From: Antedon mediterranea
Taxonomy: Eukaryota > Animalia > Echinodermata
NCBI RefSeq assembly: GCF_964355755.1
Contig: NC_092678.1
Location: 1,008,422 to 1,072,421 of the forward strand
Reading direction: 5' to 3'
Length of the DNA: 64,000 bases
Shown here: positions 28,801-40,244 of the stretch, piece after piece
How the letters are laid out: every line of letters begins with the position of its first letter
Position numbering within the stretch: position 1 is the stretch's first letter
Translations under genes and position numbers: made by a program
The notes under the pieces: generated by a model
Told to the model about the DNA's origin: nothing
What the model saw: the letters and a program-made list of their open reading frames with translations, nothing else
Databases searched by the model: none

Positions 28801-31800
28801 GAACTGTGACGACAACTGCTGAGAACACAGACTATACGTTGTGACGATCTTCACCGATAAGTTACGGGCGTCAATGAAGCCATACGAATACAGCATGATC
28901 TCACCAATCATTGCGTAGTTTGGTACCATCATGGCTACAGTCCTGAACAACACCTACAACATTACAAATAGATACTGTAGATAATGCAACATTTATATAG
29001 CGCTATTTTGTAAAGATTAGAGCGCTTTAGAATGTTTGTTGATTATTAGAATTATCTAGACTCTGAGCATTAAATAGGATAACCATAGACAACCCACGAC
29101 AACAAAATAAATATATTCATTGTTATTACTTCCGTCTAGCCTTTGGCCTTGTTCTGGTAATAAATATTTTAAACATGGCTTACCTTTAGATTATCAGGTA
29201 GTTCAGATCTACCTGCATAGCCAGGGTTCATTGTGATAGCAACAAAGCATGATGGTCTTAGTACCAGCTCAGTTCCTTCAAACATGAACGTCTCTAGGTT
29301 TTCCATTACAGCTCTTTGAATGCATAGAATCTATAACAAAAAAAGTGCACATTTTAAGCTCTCTCTACACTGACAAAAAAATGTGATGTGCCCAAATATC
29401 GTAGTGATATGACATCATCATGTCCATTTATGGGCACAGTGTAATTCTTAATCTTAAGACAGATAACCTACCTGTTGAGCTACCACAGACAAGACCTCAA
29501 GCTCAATACGGTTGAACTCATCAAAACACGCCCAGGCACCTGAGCTGGCTAAACCCTTGAAGAACTTGCTCATAGCCAAGTAGTCCAGACCGTCAGAACA
29601 GTTAAAGACCACACACTGTACAGCTAATGCCTTGGCCAAATCCTTAGTGGTCTCTGTTTTACCGGTGCCTGCTGGGCCCTCTGGTGCACCCCCTAAGTTC
29701 AAATGGTACGCTCCCACGAGGGTTCTGTAGCACCTATCTGTTAGTGGGGTGATAACCAATCTGTGGACAAAATAAAATGGAAGGAATTATTATCAAAAGT
29801 CGTCCTCATCAAAACATTCACAAATGTTTTAAATAAAAAAACAGTAACTCACCTTCCAGAGTTGCCCAAATATTCGTAAGCGTATTTAACTGTTGCGTTA
29901 ATGATGCTGACGTCAACGTTAGAATTCTGCCAGTAATATCTTAACTGCGACAACCAGTTAAAATCATTTTCCGAAGCCACTCCTTTTTCGGCCATCTCTT
30001 CCACAACATCCCTGGCGTGGACATCTATAGTGACCAGTGCTCCTAGTGTTGTCCTTGTTTGTTTAGAGAGTTTACCTCGGACAAGCTTCACAATATCAGA
30101 CAGCTGGCTCTGTAGTTTGTTGTAGTATTCACGTAGGCCTTGCGGACCACCACGGATGGCCTCATGCACTTCTATCGTCCAGTAAATCTGTGAGATACAA
30201 AGCACAACTTGGCCTGGCCATTCCTGCACCCAATCTTCTCTGGCTTCTATAGCATATGCCTAAACAAAATAAAGAAAATGTAATATATCAATAATAGGAT
30301 GCATATAGTCCAAGATCTGTCTGCATTATCAAACTAGTTTGACAAAAAAAATGTGATGTGCCCAAATATGGTAGTGATATGACATCATCATGTCCATATA
30401 TAGGCACATTTTGTTGTCACATAAATTTTGGTAGACAGAGCTTAAGATCTGTACTCTTTGCCTATACATTGCATCATATTTCTTGTCCATGGAAAAAAAA
30501 AATAAAAAAAAAAAGTGAATTGAATTTAAAAAAACATATTAAGTTCAGTGAATTTAACATTAAAATGTTATTTGTTTTGATGTATTGTATTAATAAAGAA
30601 TTGAATTAAGTGGGAATCAAGCTTTACTATCTTTTTATAGAAATGTTAAAGCCTACTTCATGAGACAATTCAATGACATCTCTGACACTGGCCATCATAG
30701 TATCTTGAACCTGAAGTAACCATTTCTCAACGGCACCTCTTGCTTCCGACGTAGAGATAACCTGACTGAGCTTCACCCTCTCCCCTTCACTACTGAACAT
30801 CGCTAGGATGTCTAGGGAAGGTGAAAACTCTAGCTTGGCAATGCCCTCAAAACATTTCTTAAGATGTGGTTGTACTCTGGTTGGATCTTTGGTCTCTGAT
30901 AAAATCTCCAACATTTCGTCATTCGACAAGAAAAAGAATCTAGATAATAAAGATAGATTATTGTATCATTTTATAATAATTGTTTTATTTATGAGGATCA
31001 TGTGTGTGTACATGTGTTCCTTCCTTATGAATGGCCAGTTACTTAATTCCGCAATGGCAGTTTTTTGCAGTAAGTAAAATCAGAAACACAGATGTGTTGG
31101 CACATAATCGATAGTTGTGGAGGGAACTGGTAAAATGTTCAATTGCAAAGCAACTCTACGACCCGTTCACGGGACCAGTTAACAGTAACAGCAAACCAGT
31201 TAACAGTAACAGCAAATAAAAAACAACCAATAAATAAAAAACAAACCTTGGGAAGAACAGCCTCTTCTTCTCAAGGTAAGCATTGAGGCCTTTCAGGATT
31301 CTATCCAGTAATCCGTTACTATCCTGTAGTTTCTCTAACATCCCTCCTAAAGACGTAGCATTTAACACCTTTGGGTCTTTACTTGTGTGCTTCATTATGT
31401 CCTTCCAGTTGCGATCGACAGTCTGGAAAAGCCTGCCCTCTTCAGGCATCTGCTGCATGATGTCTTCAGAACTGAAGATAGGCTCTAAATACAGCCACTG
31501 AGCTTGTACTTTTAACCATTCATCAATAGTTTCTTGTACTCTAAGTAATCTCTCTTCCCATTCCTAAGTTTGTAAAATGTGATTTAATTTATCAACAAGT
31601 TGACAAACATGTGTAGTGTGACATTTGACACTTACTTAATTATCAGCAGATAGAAAATTGGCTAAATGGTTATACTTATATGTCAGGATTTTTTCTAGTG
31701 ACAAATTACAATTCAACCCTAAAGACCTGTAAGTAAGACTTATTTTTATTACTTAAAATTGTTATTACTTAAGTTTATGTAGAGCATCTTGTGTATATTT

Positions 31801-34800
31801 GCTTATGCTTATTCTTGGCAATTTGCCTAAATATATAAAACTAAATAAATACAAAATTAAAATATATTATAGTAAATTTAGTAATGGTGACCTTAATTTC
31901 TTTTTCAAATGGTTTGATGAATGGAGATCCTCTCATGGTCTGAGTCTTCACAATCTGATCATCCAGCATCGTTTGTATGTCATCCACAGAGGCCAGGATG
32001 TTTACACCAGTGTCTCTGTACGTTGTCAGGTTAAACGCAATGGATTCCCATTCTTCATTCATCTTCTGCATTGCTTTCTCCAAAGAATATTCCTGAAATA
32101 AATTGCAAAAGAAAATTCCTACCGGTCGTACAAATTGATGCAAGGACAAATTTATAATAATAATCATAAGTTTGTATTTAACATGAGGAAACAACTATGT
32201 ATGTATGTAAACTTGGTCAGTAGAAAATCAAAATGGTTAGCAATCAATCAATAAATCAATTGTTCGATTTATATAGCACCATTCCAACAGTCATTGCTCA
32301 TACGCTGCCAAAAATATCAGAAAATGTGAGTTTTGAGTAGTGACTTAAAGGTGCTCATCAGCAAGTCAATGAAAGATGGACAAATGAATGGATTGAAGAA
32401 GAAATGTTTGACAATTATTACTAATTTCATTTACCTTAGTAGCACCAGCACTGATCGTGTCAAACTCTTCCATGTAGGCTCCTAGATTCTTCTTCAACAC
32501 TTTACGTAGAGTTGTTCCAGAGTCTGGTGTCAGGTCCATGCCGGCTATTACCCCCATTTTGTCCCAATGCCTCTGCCTGATGCCAGGATTACACAGAATT
32601 GCAATGGTAGGAATATTTTCCTGGGAAAACAAGTATAATGAAGTATAAGATAAAGGGGTGTCCATAATTGGACAAGAAACAGTTCAAGGAAGGTATTTTA
32701 TTCAAACATCAAATGCGTTATTAGACACTTTTTAGTGAATGTATAATGTTATTCATAATGATACCCTAATGGTTGCAAACTAAAGCTTTGCCTCTGTTTT
32801 GACAAAAAAAGTGTGGCCAAATATGGTAGTAATATCATCATGTCCATATATGGACACATCATATTTTGTTGTCACATAAATTTTGATAGTGTAGACAGAG
32901 CCTTAGTTTGCACATGTGGTATTTACAAGAGATATATAACAACAGCAAAATAAACAGTAAAACAAAAATTTTGATTTCTTACCTTAAAATCTGTTATCTG
33001 ATCCTGAACAATTTTGCAGACTTTGATAGCTGCCATACCAGACTCTTCCTCTTCTGGTTCTTCTTTCTGTTCACCTATTTGTTTCTTTTTCTTCGGAGCT
33101 GTCTTTCCTTTTTCTGCGTCATCTCGTTTCTTCTGATTCACAAATACTTTAGTTATTTTGTAGATGTCTCTTCCAAATTCGTCTGCTTCTTCTTGGATAG
33201 ATTCCGAGTTCAGTTCAAGAAAGTTACCATCCATCCATCTAAAAAAAGCCAACAATCAATATTTATGGTTCATGAATAAAACATTGACCTTCGACCCCAA
33301 TATGAGAAAAAAACATCTACCCCAATAAGAGACAAAAACATATCCAACTACTATGGATTATGCTACAATGTCATTTTAAGCTACAAAATAACTAATACAT
33401 ACTTTTTGTCTGCTCTCTGCCACTTAACAACCAATGAAAAGAGTTTTTGGAAAGGCTCAATAGCGGCTGTGACCTCTTCAATTTCAGGGTATGTTGTCAG
33501 GTCCCATTTGAACAGTGCTTCCTCCTACAAAAAAAAACACAAACATTTTAAATGAGTCACATTCATTCATTTTTGTTTAGGTCAAAGCTAAAGATTTAGT
33601 TCAGTTCTTGTTATCTTACAGAATAGACCATCAATTTTAGAAAAACAATATCTAAAAATATTTCGTTTAGGTGGTTTTGAAAATTGAATTATTCAAAATG
33701 ATCAATTTACAAACAATGTTAAAATGATTTTTTTAAGCTATTATTTATGAGAGAGTATGTTTGTTTCTTAATATACAAATCCTTTGCAATTACATGCATC
33801 CATACACATGGTGTATCAAAACAAATGGAATTATTTTACAATGAAGTATTTGATAAATCTAAACCAGATGGTTTTCCAATGTTTCGTCATCATTACCTTA
33901 TTAACCCATTTAATAGTTTCCTGAGATTCTGCTATTCTCTTTTGCACGGCACGTATATCATTAACATACTGGACCATCATGTCCATTTCGCCATACTCTG
34001 AGAACTCTGCAACTCGCTTGCGTATCTTTTCCAGTTCCAACATACACTTCTCTCGGTGCTCAAGTACGGTGCTTTCTCCTTTTTTCTTTGAGTCGTCAAC
34101 AAGCTAAGAATAGAAAGAAAATTCACACATAAAAATGACAAAATATATACAATGTTTTACAAATAATCTGACAACATAAACGATGGAAGTAGAACATAGT
34201 ACTGTATATAAATAGGTTCTGCAACAGCTTATTTTCAGCTGCAATTAATGACAGTGTGTTGTACAAATCGCACACACTACATAGTCAATATATATTTATG
34301 CTTTCTGGTTTTAGGTTATAAGCTCCCTGTTTAACACATAATAGACATAATTTTTCAATTTGTAAATGAATTTTTGTATGTGTACGCCATTTGGAAAATG
34401 AATTTCCAACATATTTTATGATGGAATAATAAAGATTACCTTATCTTACTTGATGTATAATAACTTTTTTTGTTGCGATATAAAGTATTTTTTTCTTAGA
34501 ACACAATCTTTTATGTATATTTTTACATTTTTATTTTTTATTTTTATTTTATTCAATTAAAACCAACAGCGATAAATACCGCCACTAACAGGTTTGAAAC
34601 ATAAAACAATACAACATCAAAAACGGTTAACAATAAAATACAGATAAAATATATAAATATATATATAAAACATAGATTGGCATGCCATAAAAAATTTTAA
34701 TTAAATCAAAATGATATAAATGAATGAAGATGATGTTTCCACTGATGCAAATATTTTACCTCGTCATTCTGGTCGAAGATCGGTTGTATTTCCCGAGGCC

Positions 34801-37800
34801 AGAGCAAGACAGTAGCGTTCAGCGACATGTGATCAGGCGTAAAGAAGTAAACATCAAGTAAGTAGTTCATGCGTTGTACAGACTCAATGATACGAGTGTT
34901 AAGAGCTTTGATACCGTCAACGCGAGCTCTTTTAATGTATGTAATCATACTCATCATTTCTTCAGAGTCTTCAGGGATCTTGAGGGCTCGGTCTCTGATG
35001 GTCTCAAACTCGCGGCAAATACTGAGCAAAAAAATACAAACATTGATATTAAAAAACTGAGATTTTACGATTGAAAGATTCATTGTTATGTAGGCAGAAG
35101 ATTGCTACAACCTGTTTTTCACAGGACAAACTGTTGTTTGCAAATAGAAAAAATATACTAACTATTTACATAATCACACATCGTATACTCTATCTCTAAC
35201 AAAACATTTCAATCTTCTATCAACTAAAGCCGAAGTATAGTCGTTATCTCGGGACCATTCTATAGTCACCACCAGGTAGGCTGACTTCATCAAGGCTTCT
35301 ATGAATGGATGACGAGCTGCGAGCAGGAATGCTTGTAGACCAAATCCATTTTGATTATGATCATTCAGGAAATTACCTCACGAAAATATATTGTATTGTT
35401 TGTAGGCTTACCTCTCGTTTTCACTTCTGTGATTGCAAGCAACTTGATCCAGAAGCGTTGAAGCATAGCCGCGAGCTTTGTCCGCAAGACCTTTCTTTAT
35501 ATCCTCGCAGTCCAGTCTGATCATTACAAAATTTATTATGCTGTCTAGTTTCATGATCTTACGAGCTATCTGTTGGAACTCTTCAATAATCTTCAAAACA
35601 AAGATAAATTGATAAAAAGAAAACAAATTCTATATTGCAAGATACTAATCCCATGCATAATATATTTGAGGTGTTACATAGCGGTAGACGTTACCAGCCC
35701 ATCATCTCTCATACAAATAGATTTCGTAACAGCTTTTATCTAGCTGCCATTCGGGCAACTTGCACGTTGAATTTCAATTCACTGCACACCAATCAAAACT
35801 TGGAAACAAAAAACAAATACATTAAATTGTGGTAGCAAATAAAGGCCTACCTCACGGAACTCTTCAAATGTGTGTTCCTCAGAAAGAAAAGTCTGCACTC
35901 TGTCAAGTGCCTCTCCATTGCACAAAAAGTTAAATTTGGACACTGTTGAAAATGAAAGGTATGAAATATGTAACGACAATACTAATGATCTTCACAGACC
36001 TACTTAACTTACAACAGGATTGACTTAAGATTGTATCAAAACATTACTTAACTTACAACAGGATTGACTTAAGATTGTATTAAAACATTCATTTTCATTT
36101 CATTCATATTTCATTTCATTCATTTATTCATCCTTTCATCTTACTTATTTACAACTTGAAAATTTAATCAAAACATTCATTCACTAATCACCTAATTATT
36201 ATTATTATTATTATTATTACTACTATACTATTGACAGACTTACTGTAAAATTCTAATTTCTCTGTTGGGCCTTCAAAATTCGCCAAACATGCTTCCTTCA
36301 ATGTCTTCCTAGCCCTGGTGATCACATGATCTGCTACAGCAATGTCAATGTTTGACAGTTCATTTGTTCCCGATAACCACGACTGTACCGTCGGGACATT
36401 CAGCATCGTCTTTGTAAGCTGCTCGACGACAAATAAAAGACATTCTTCCAAATCTGAGTAGTACGGGTAAAACTCCATCTTGTCACTGTCAAATGTAAGT
36501 TCTATTTTGAATACTGGAAGTTGAAATGTGTTGGACGGATCAAATAGCTTCACCCAGGCCTCGATGGAGCGAACTATCAGGTCTTTTAGCTAAAGAAAAA
36601 CACAAAAGAAAATAGAATGCCATTATTTTAGAAAATATATGACCCAACAACAAAGTGCCCTTTTAAAATGTTAATTACACAGCCCCTCATTCATTTCACA
36701 TTATTAATAGGGGTTTCCCCTGAATAGGTGTATCCCATTAATATTAGAGGTGTCCCCTGAATAGGTGTGTCCTTACAGAGGGGTTCAACTGTATTCTTAT
36801 TTAATATTGTCTCTGTCATACAGTACAAGAATTGACACTATTGCAAAAAAGTCAACCACATAATGAAACTAACCATTTCATTTTTGTATTCATATTTTAG
36901 TTGAATTTTGCTTACAAAGCGTAAATATAATGTTTTTCTTACAATCTAAAGCTCTGTCTACACTATCAAACTAGTTTGACAAAACAAATGTGATGTGCAC
37001 AAATATTGTGGTTATAAGCTTAAACATGGTGGTAGTGATATGACATCATCATGTCCATAGCACATTTTGTCACATAAACTTTGATAGTGCAGACAGCTAG
37101 AGCTTTAGAGAATTTCTATGCTTTTTTCTTAAAACAAATGACAATAAATGATAGTTTACTTGATTTGAATAATGTGTTTACAGTGTACCAACCTGGTTTG
37201 ATATTAGAGTTGATACACTAGCATAAAATGACTCCAACTGGTCTGGTTTGATGTCAACAAAATCCTTTTTATTTACAAATATATTGAGGACATCAGGCCA
37301 CCAGCTATGCATCAACTTCTCTTCCATCTTCTCACATTCTAGAATGACATCATTCTTTAAATGCTCAATCTCGATGGGACCTTGAGCGCGAACCCCTGAT
37401 AGATCCACTAAGAGAAGCTTGCCCAGTGAAGCTTGACCAAGCTGAAGCACATGCTGCATAGATGGATGTGTGATGTGTAGGTTTGATTGGATCTGTTCAA
37501 CCGCCTCAACAAAATCATCGTGCCATGGACTGGAGTAATCCAAGTCACTGAAAAATAAAGTTATATTATATCCAGGAAACATCTACCCTTTGAAATGCCC
37601 AAATATGGTAGTGATATGCCCAAATATGGCAGTGATATGCCCAAAATGGTAGTGATATGACATCATCATATCAATATGGGCACACCACAATTTTTTGTCA
37701 CATAAAGTTTGATAGTGTAGACAGAGCTTTAAATAACTATATGTCGTACAAATTTTTGTGACAGAAAAACTGCATTTGGAGAAGTTCATTCTCAACTTCC

Positions 37801-39803
37801 AAAGAAGTATTAACAGTACTAAAATAAAATAGTTGACTTTACTTACACTGGTTCCTTGGGTGGTGGCCCTGTTGTTACTCCTTCAAGTCCTTTGATGTCT
37901 GGCTTCACAAGAACGTGTTGAACTACAGGTATTAACAAATATTTTTACCATTTAAATATCATAGTAGTGTGACAGAGTATTTTAAACAAATTATTAAAAC
38001 ACCTTTAAGCTCTGTCTACACTATCAAACTAGTTTGACAAAAAAAGTGTGATGTGCTCAAATATGATAATAGTGATATGTCCAAATGTAGTAGTGATATG
38101 ACATCATTATGTCAATATATGGGCACATCACATTTCTGTTGTCACATAAATTTTGATAGTGTAGACAGAGCTTTACAAGATATATCAAACCATTCACTCG
38201 CCCATCACGTTCTTTGTAAGCATAGCCTTTCTTAAATTACAATATTATAAGATTGACATGGACCAGTTACTTTACCCATTGCCTTCTTCATACTATTTTC
38301 ATAATCATTCTTAACTTCTTCAAATAGTTCTTGTATATAGTCTTGTATGTCTTTACCAGTTCTTAAACATTCTGGTATCAGACTTAAGATGGACTCAAAC
38401 CAATGAGATTCCATCGGCACAATTGGGCTGCTTTCAACACATTCTTTCAGAAAAAGGTAATTTTGCTGTAGACAGATGGATAAACAATGGTTACATTTTT
38501 ATAGGAAAACATTTACCTAATTTAAATACAAGAAACAGTTATATTATGTGATAGACCAAATAATCATCAAATACAGTAGAAAACTGTATACTTTTTAAAC
38601 GAATAACAACAAATGTTACCATGATATTAAACACAGCAAACAAGAACATAGCACTCAATGAAAATCATTATTAATGTAGAAAGAAGCAGTATTTTAAGCT
38701 GCAACAAGTCTCACAGGATACAATCAGAAATGGACAGCATTAATACTACAAGGAACAAGGTGTTACTTGAGGTGTACAGTAAAGTGGTGGAGAAGTGCAA
38801 TAAACACAGTGTTTTTATATTTCCTGGTAAGGTAGTTACAACAGTACAAGTGTTACACACATCAAAAGGCAATGAAAGTGCTACGGTACTCTACACAGAA
38901 CTACATACAACTACAAAAAAGGCAATGGCAGTGCTGGCAGGTTTTAAAGAAACACATCAAATCTGTGAATACAAAAAGGCAATGACATTGCTGGGATATT
39001 TCACAGTACTACACATCAAATCTGTGAATAGAAAAAGGCAATGGAAGTGCTGGGATCTGTGGATACAACAAACAAAGACAGTGCACTACACATCAAATCT
39101 GTTTCAATCACTTACCCGTGACATTCTATCCTTACCCATCATCTGTGTGTAAAGTACATGGGTACATTGATAATACACAAATTAAAATTTCACAACATTT
39201 ACAATTTTTTGTTTGGAATATTTCATTTATCAATTGTTTCGAAAATGTCAATTGTTTCGAAAATGTCAATTGTTTTTTTAAAGTATCAACATTTAATTTA
39301 ATTTAAAAAACAATAATAAAAATTAATAAAAAAATTAAATTCTAAAACAAATGCATAGTATAATAATACATTCTTGAATACGAACCAAAAATTCAAGAAA
39401 CTTTGAGGAGAGTGACAGGCCATTAAATTTAAATAGGGAATCTTTTTAAGTAATCTCCAGATGGTTTCAGACTAGGCCTAGGCCTAGGCTAGCCATCCTT
39501 CACACTTACCGAGATTGGGTAAGAAGGATGCTCTGGCAACTTTGGAGCTTTTTTGTTAATCTCCTCAATTTCTTCGTAAGCTTTCGCTGCATTTGTGTAA
39601 AGAATATTAGTGAGGAGACTTTGCATTTCTTTTGAGCGACGATACGTCATTAACTTGCTCTTGCTGTAGTCTTTTGTGCTACTTGACAGCATGCTGGCTG
39701 GTGTGTTGATTGGGGGAAGACGTGGAATCTTCCCTGATGGAACGCCATTTCGTGAAGAAGCCGTTGCAGATGGTCTTGAAGAAGTTCTAGCTTTTGAAGA
39801 CAT
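1866..39803 (-). CDS. DNAH12: Axonemal inner-arm dynein heavy chain, DNAH12-like (59 coding exons, 3977 aa)
   Basis: GT-AG exons, 5'->3' on minus: 39803-39510, 39142-39116, 38465-38276, 37922-37847, 37547-37193, 36589-36244, 35942-35851, 35590-35412, 35021-34760, 34103-33897, 33524-33403, 33238-32983, 32620-32435, 32092-31892, 31563-31247, 30939-30657, 30259-29853, 29760-29472, 29330-29184, 28953-28708, 28421-28192, 27819-27636, 27283-27059, 26574-26392, 26046-25927, 25518-25327, 24818-24670, 24316-24178, 23814-23648, 23058-22866, 22627-22347, 22035-21775, 21531-21339, 21010-20849, 20591-20397, 20181-20048, 19524-19104, 18825-18604, 18218-18005, 17638-17470, 16966-16819, 15545-15400, 14002-13788, 13683-13491, 13195-12830, 12413-12273, 9300-9142, 8667-8523, 8400-8176, 7785-7606, 7268-6990, 6675-6442, 6261-6073, 5020-4917, 4556-4445, 4312-4082, 3802-3711, 2608-2541, 2056-1866. 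They sum to 11934 nt with consistent phases. P-loops: GPAGTGKT (AAA1), GGPFAGKT (AAA2), GPTGTGKS (AAA3), GVGGSGRQ (AAA4). C-terminus [17 protein letters not shown]...[15 protein letters not shown]. The N-terminus (LPPI...[11 protein letters not shown]...LDYSSPWH...[11 protein letters not shown]) matches my recollection of DNAH12 rather than DNAH3/7. Dynein identity is near certain; the paralog assignment is less so. Confidence 0.93.
2278..2547 (-). repeat. 27-bp x10 perfect tandem repeat spanning the donor site of the penultimate dynein exon
   Basis: The minus-strand unit is AAACCAG|GTAATGTTATTGTTATTATT; the first copy is the authentic exon end (GT at 2540-2539). Confidence 0.95.
3287..3696. 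repeat. 41-bp minisatellite, ~10 copies, intronic
   Basis: Unit ACATGCAATGACAGGCATGCAAGAGATCTTTAACCCCTATG; it begins ~14 nt after the donor at 3710. Confidence 0.95.
4755..4905. repeat. 15-bp minisatellite, ~9-10 copies
   Basis: Unit GGGTAAAGATGACA(A/G); it begins ~10 nt after the donor at 4916. Confidence 0.9.
5187..6061. repeat. 30/31-bp minisatellite, ~29 copies, each with a 14-bp perfect palindrome
   Basis: Unit AAGTTTAAACTTAAGTAGATGTAAGTACCT (variant ...AAGAAAGATG...); TAAGTTTAAACTTA is self-complementary. Confidence 0.95.
6758..6898. mobile_element. Harbinger/PIF-like MITE family A, copy
   Basis: Termini AGCTCTGT(A/C)TACACTATCAAA ... TTTGATAGTGTAGACAGA(A/G)CT; same family as 38008-38172. 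Confidence 0.8.
7400..7566. mobile_element. MITE-like foldback with nested inverted repeats
   Basis: 18-bp perfect outer IR AGGTTTATCGCAAATAGC / GCTATTTGCGATAAACCT and inner IR ATGCATGATGGGAAG / CTTCCCATCATGCAT; no clear TSD. Confidence 0.65.
7985..8170. repeat. Degenerate 27-bp minisatellite abutting a splice donor
   Basis: Units resemble CCAAATCCAAACTCTCTTGCAACTCTA and diverge progressively; the donor GT is at 8175-8174. Confidence 0.7.
8876..9100 (-). mobile_element. tRNA-derived SINE with Deu/Nin-like central domain (copy 1)
   Basis: Shares ~200 bp with 17166-17380. The minus strand reads GTGCACTTTAAAGAACC...GTAGGGGGTTACCCCGGTGT, resembling the Deu-domain core as I recall it. Confidence 0.65.
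9810..10042. repeat. 33-bp minisatellite, 7 copies
   Basis: Unit TTGGTGCATTAGATTGGGACTTCACTATAGCTT. Confidence 0.95.
10300..11950. repeat. ~64-bp minisatellite split by the hAT-like insertion
   Basis: Unit AAATGCAATTGCACTATTAAACAACATGCACTATCRCACTAGGCTAAATCTACTAATGATGGA; ~2 copies left (10300-10435) and ~2.5 right (11786-11950) of the insertion. Confidence 0.85.
10436..11785. mobile_element. Non-autonomous hAT-like DNA transposon, 1350 bp
   Basis: TIRs CAGTGGTGGCGCCAG / CTGGCGCCACCCCTG (14/15 match), perfect 8-bp TSD AAATGCAA at 10428-10435 and 11786-11793, GC-rich subterminal repeats with a poly-G tract, and no transposase ORF. Confidence 0.9.
12531..12690. mobile_element. Long imperfect inverted repeat (MITE-like)
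   Basis: TAATTTGTACTTTATACTAAGTACATTGAGAA pairs with TTCTTAATGTACTTAGCATAAAGTACAAATTA, with extended outer arms. Confidence 0.6.
12785..12870 (-). repeat. 43-bp direct duplication of an exon 3' end plus GT
   Basis: Minus strand ...ATTCATGACAG|GTACGTGGTTTG...ATTCATGACAG|GTACAG; donors at 12829 and 12786. Confidence 0.95.
14246..15321. repeat. 45-bp minisatellite, ~24 copies, intronic
   Basis: Unit GAGAGAGTGATGTGGCGTAACGGTAAGCAA(C/T)ATGGTGAGCTGGCA; it explains ORFs 14189-15175, 14224-15345 and 14252-15409. Confidence 0.97.
16015..16562. mobile_element. Non-autonomous Kolobok-like DNA transposon, 548 bp
   Basis: 16-bp perfect TIR AGATGTATTGTCCCTT / AAGGGACAATACATCT flanked by TTAA on both sides (16011-16014, 16563-16566). 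A TTAA TSD with purine-purine termini fits Kolobok rather than piggyBac. Confidence 0.8.
17166..17380 (-). mobile_element. tRNA-derived SINE with Deu/Nin-like central domain (copy 2)
   Basis: The minus strand starts with a tRNA A-box-like TAGTGGCTGAACGGTTAAGACG, then GGATAAGGACTATAAACCG...GTGCACTTTAAAGAAC...GAGTAGGGGGTTACCCCGGTGT. Confidence 0.7.
20316..20412 (-). repeat. Triplicated exon-end/donor junction
   Basis: Minus strand GATTGGTTCCAA|GTAAGTAACTTAAATT x3; donors at 20396, 20368 and 20335 (spacing 28 and 33). Confidence 0.95.
21072..21325 (+). mobile_element. Degenerate tRNA-derived SINE
   Basis: tRNA-like head with a B-box GGTTCAAGTCC (~21133-21143). Its 3' part CTTGGCAATTTGCCTAAATATATAAA recurs at ~31814-31840. 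Confidence 0.45.
23860..24112. mobile_element. Harbinger-like MITE
   Basis: Imperfect ~29-bp TIRs: AGACCTCGTTAACACTTACGATTGGGTCC versus the reverse complement AGACCACATTTACACTTACGATTTGGGCC. Confidence 0.6.
24382..24629. mobile_element. Two adjacent copies of MITE family A
   Basis: AGCTCTGTCTATACTATCAAA at 24382 and GTCTACACTATCAAA at 24481, ending ...AGACAGAGCT at 24629. Confidence 0.7.
25093..25340 (-). repeat. 31-bp x8 tandem repeat spanning a dynein splice donor
   Basis: Minus unit ACTATATGTTTGAG|GTAAGGGTATGCATTGT; donors at 25326 (authentic), 25295, 25264, 25233, 25202, 25171, 25140 and 25109. Confidence 0.97.
25729..25833. repeat. 26-bp minisatellite, 4 copies
   Basis: Unit CTGAATTGAATATGGTTTATCAAGGG. 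Confidence 0.85.
28002..28169. mobile_element. MITE family A, copy
   Basis: Same internal sequence and right TIR TTTGATAGTGTAGACAGAGCT as 38008-38172. Confidence 0.75.
35635..35765 (+). mobile_element. 3' fragment of a Rex1/Babar-like LINE
   Basis: The translation [36 protein letters not shown] resembles the conserved L.SGRRY...TNR..NSF...AIR C-terminus of Rex/Babar ORF2. Confidence 0.6.
38008..38172. mobile_element. Harbinger/PIF-like MITE family A, reference copy (165 bp)
   Basis: 21-bp TIR AGCTCTGTCTACACTATCAAA / TTTGATAGTGTAGACAGAGCT with a TTA TSD on both sides. Other copies or fragments at ~6758, 13213, 13376, 16648, 20692, 22108, 24382, 24481, 27461, 28002, 29358, 30313, 32784, 36950 and 37594. 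Confidence 0.85.
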
Positions 39804-40244
39804 CTTTTTATTTTAGCCTGGAAAAATAGATGTTAATAAGGAGATCCGTTAATAAATTTAATATTACTTAGGCCTAGGCCTAGCCTGGCTAGGGGCTAAT
39901 ATTATTATTAATAATAATATTATAATATAATTATAAATATACTGTGTAGCCTATTGTATACTCCTAGTCCTATTATGCCTAGACCTATACAGTAATAGAG
40001 TAAGGCCTAAGACTGATAAGGTATGGTAGAATCTTCAGTATACTGGGCTAGCTAGTTCGAGGCCTAGGCCTATGCCTATTATCATAGTCTCTGCCACCAC
40101 ACAAAAGTGCATGTGACAGGCAGTCAGAGTCGTTCAGCCGCGCACAGGCAGTACATTGGCATTCATTGCCTACCTTAAACTAGCCTAGGCCCTACCATGC
40201 CGTCATTTATAGCAAAAAATACAGATCACTCTTTGAAAACTCAC

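Noticed and set aside
32240-32365. CTGATGAG on the minus strand as a hammerhead ribozyme core
   Set aside because: The required GAAA and stems are missing; the context ([22 protein letters not shown], (TTGA)n) looks like an L2-type LINE tail.
38658-39152. 164-aa plus-strand ORF
   Set aside because: It is antisense within a dynein intron, built from degenerate ~60-bp repeats, with no recognisable domain.
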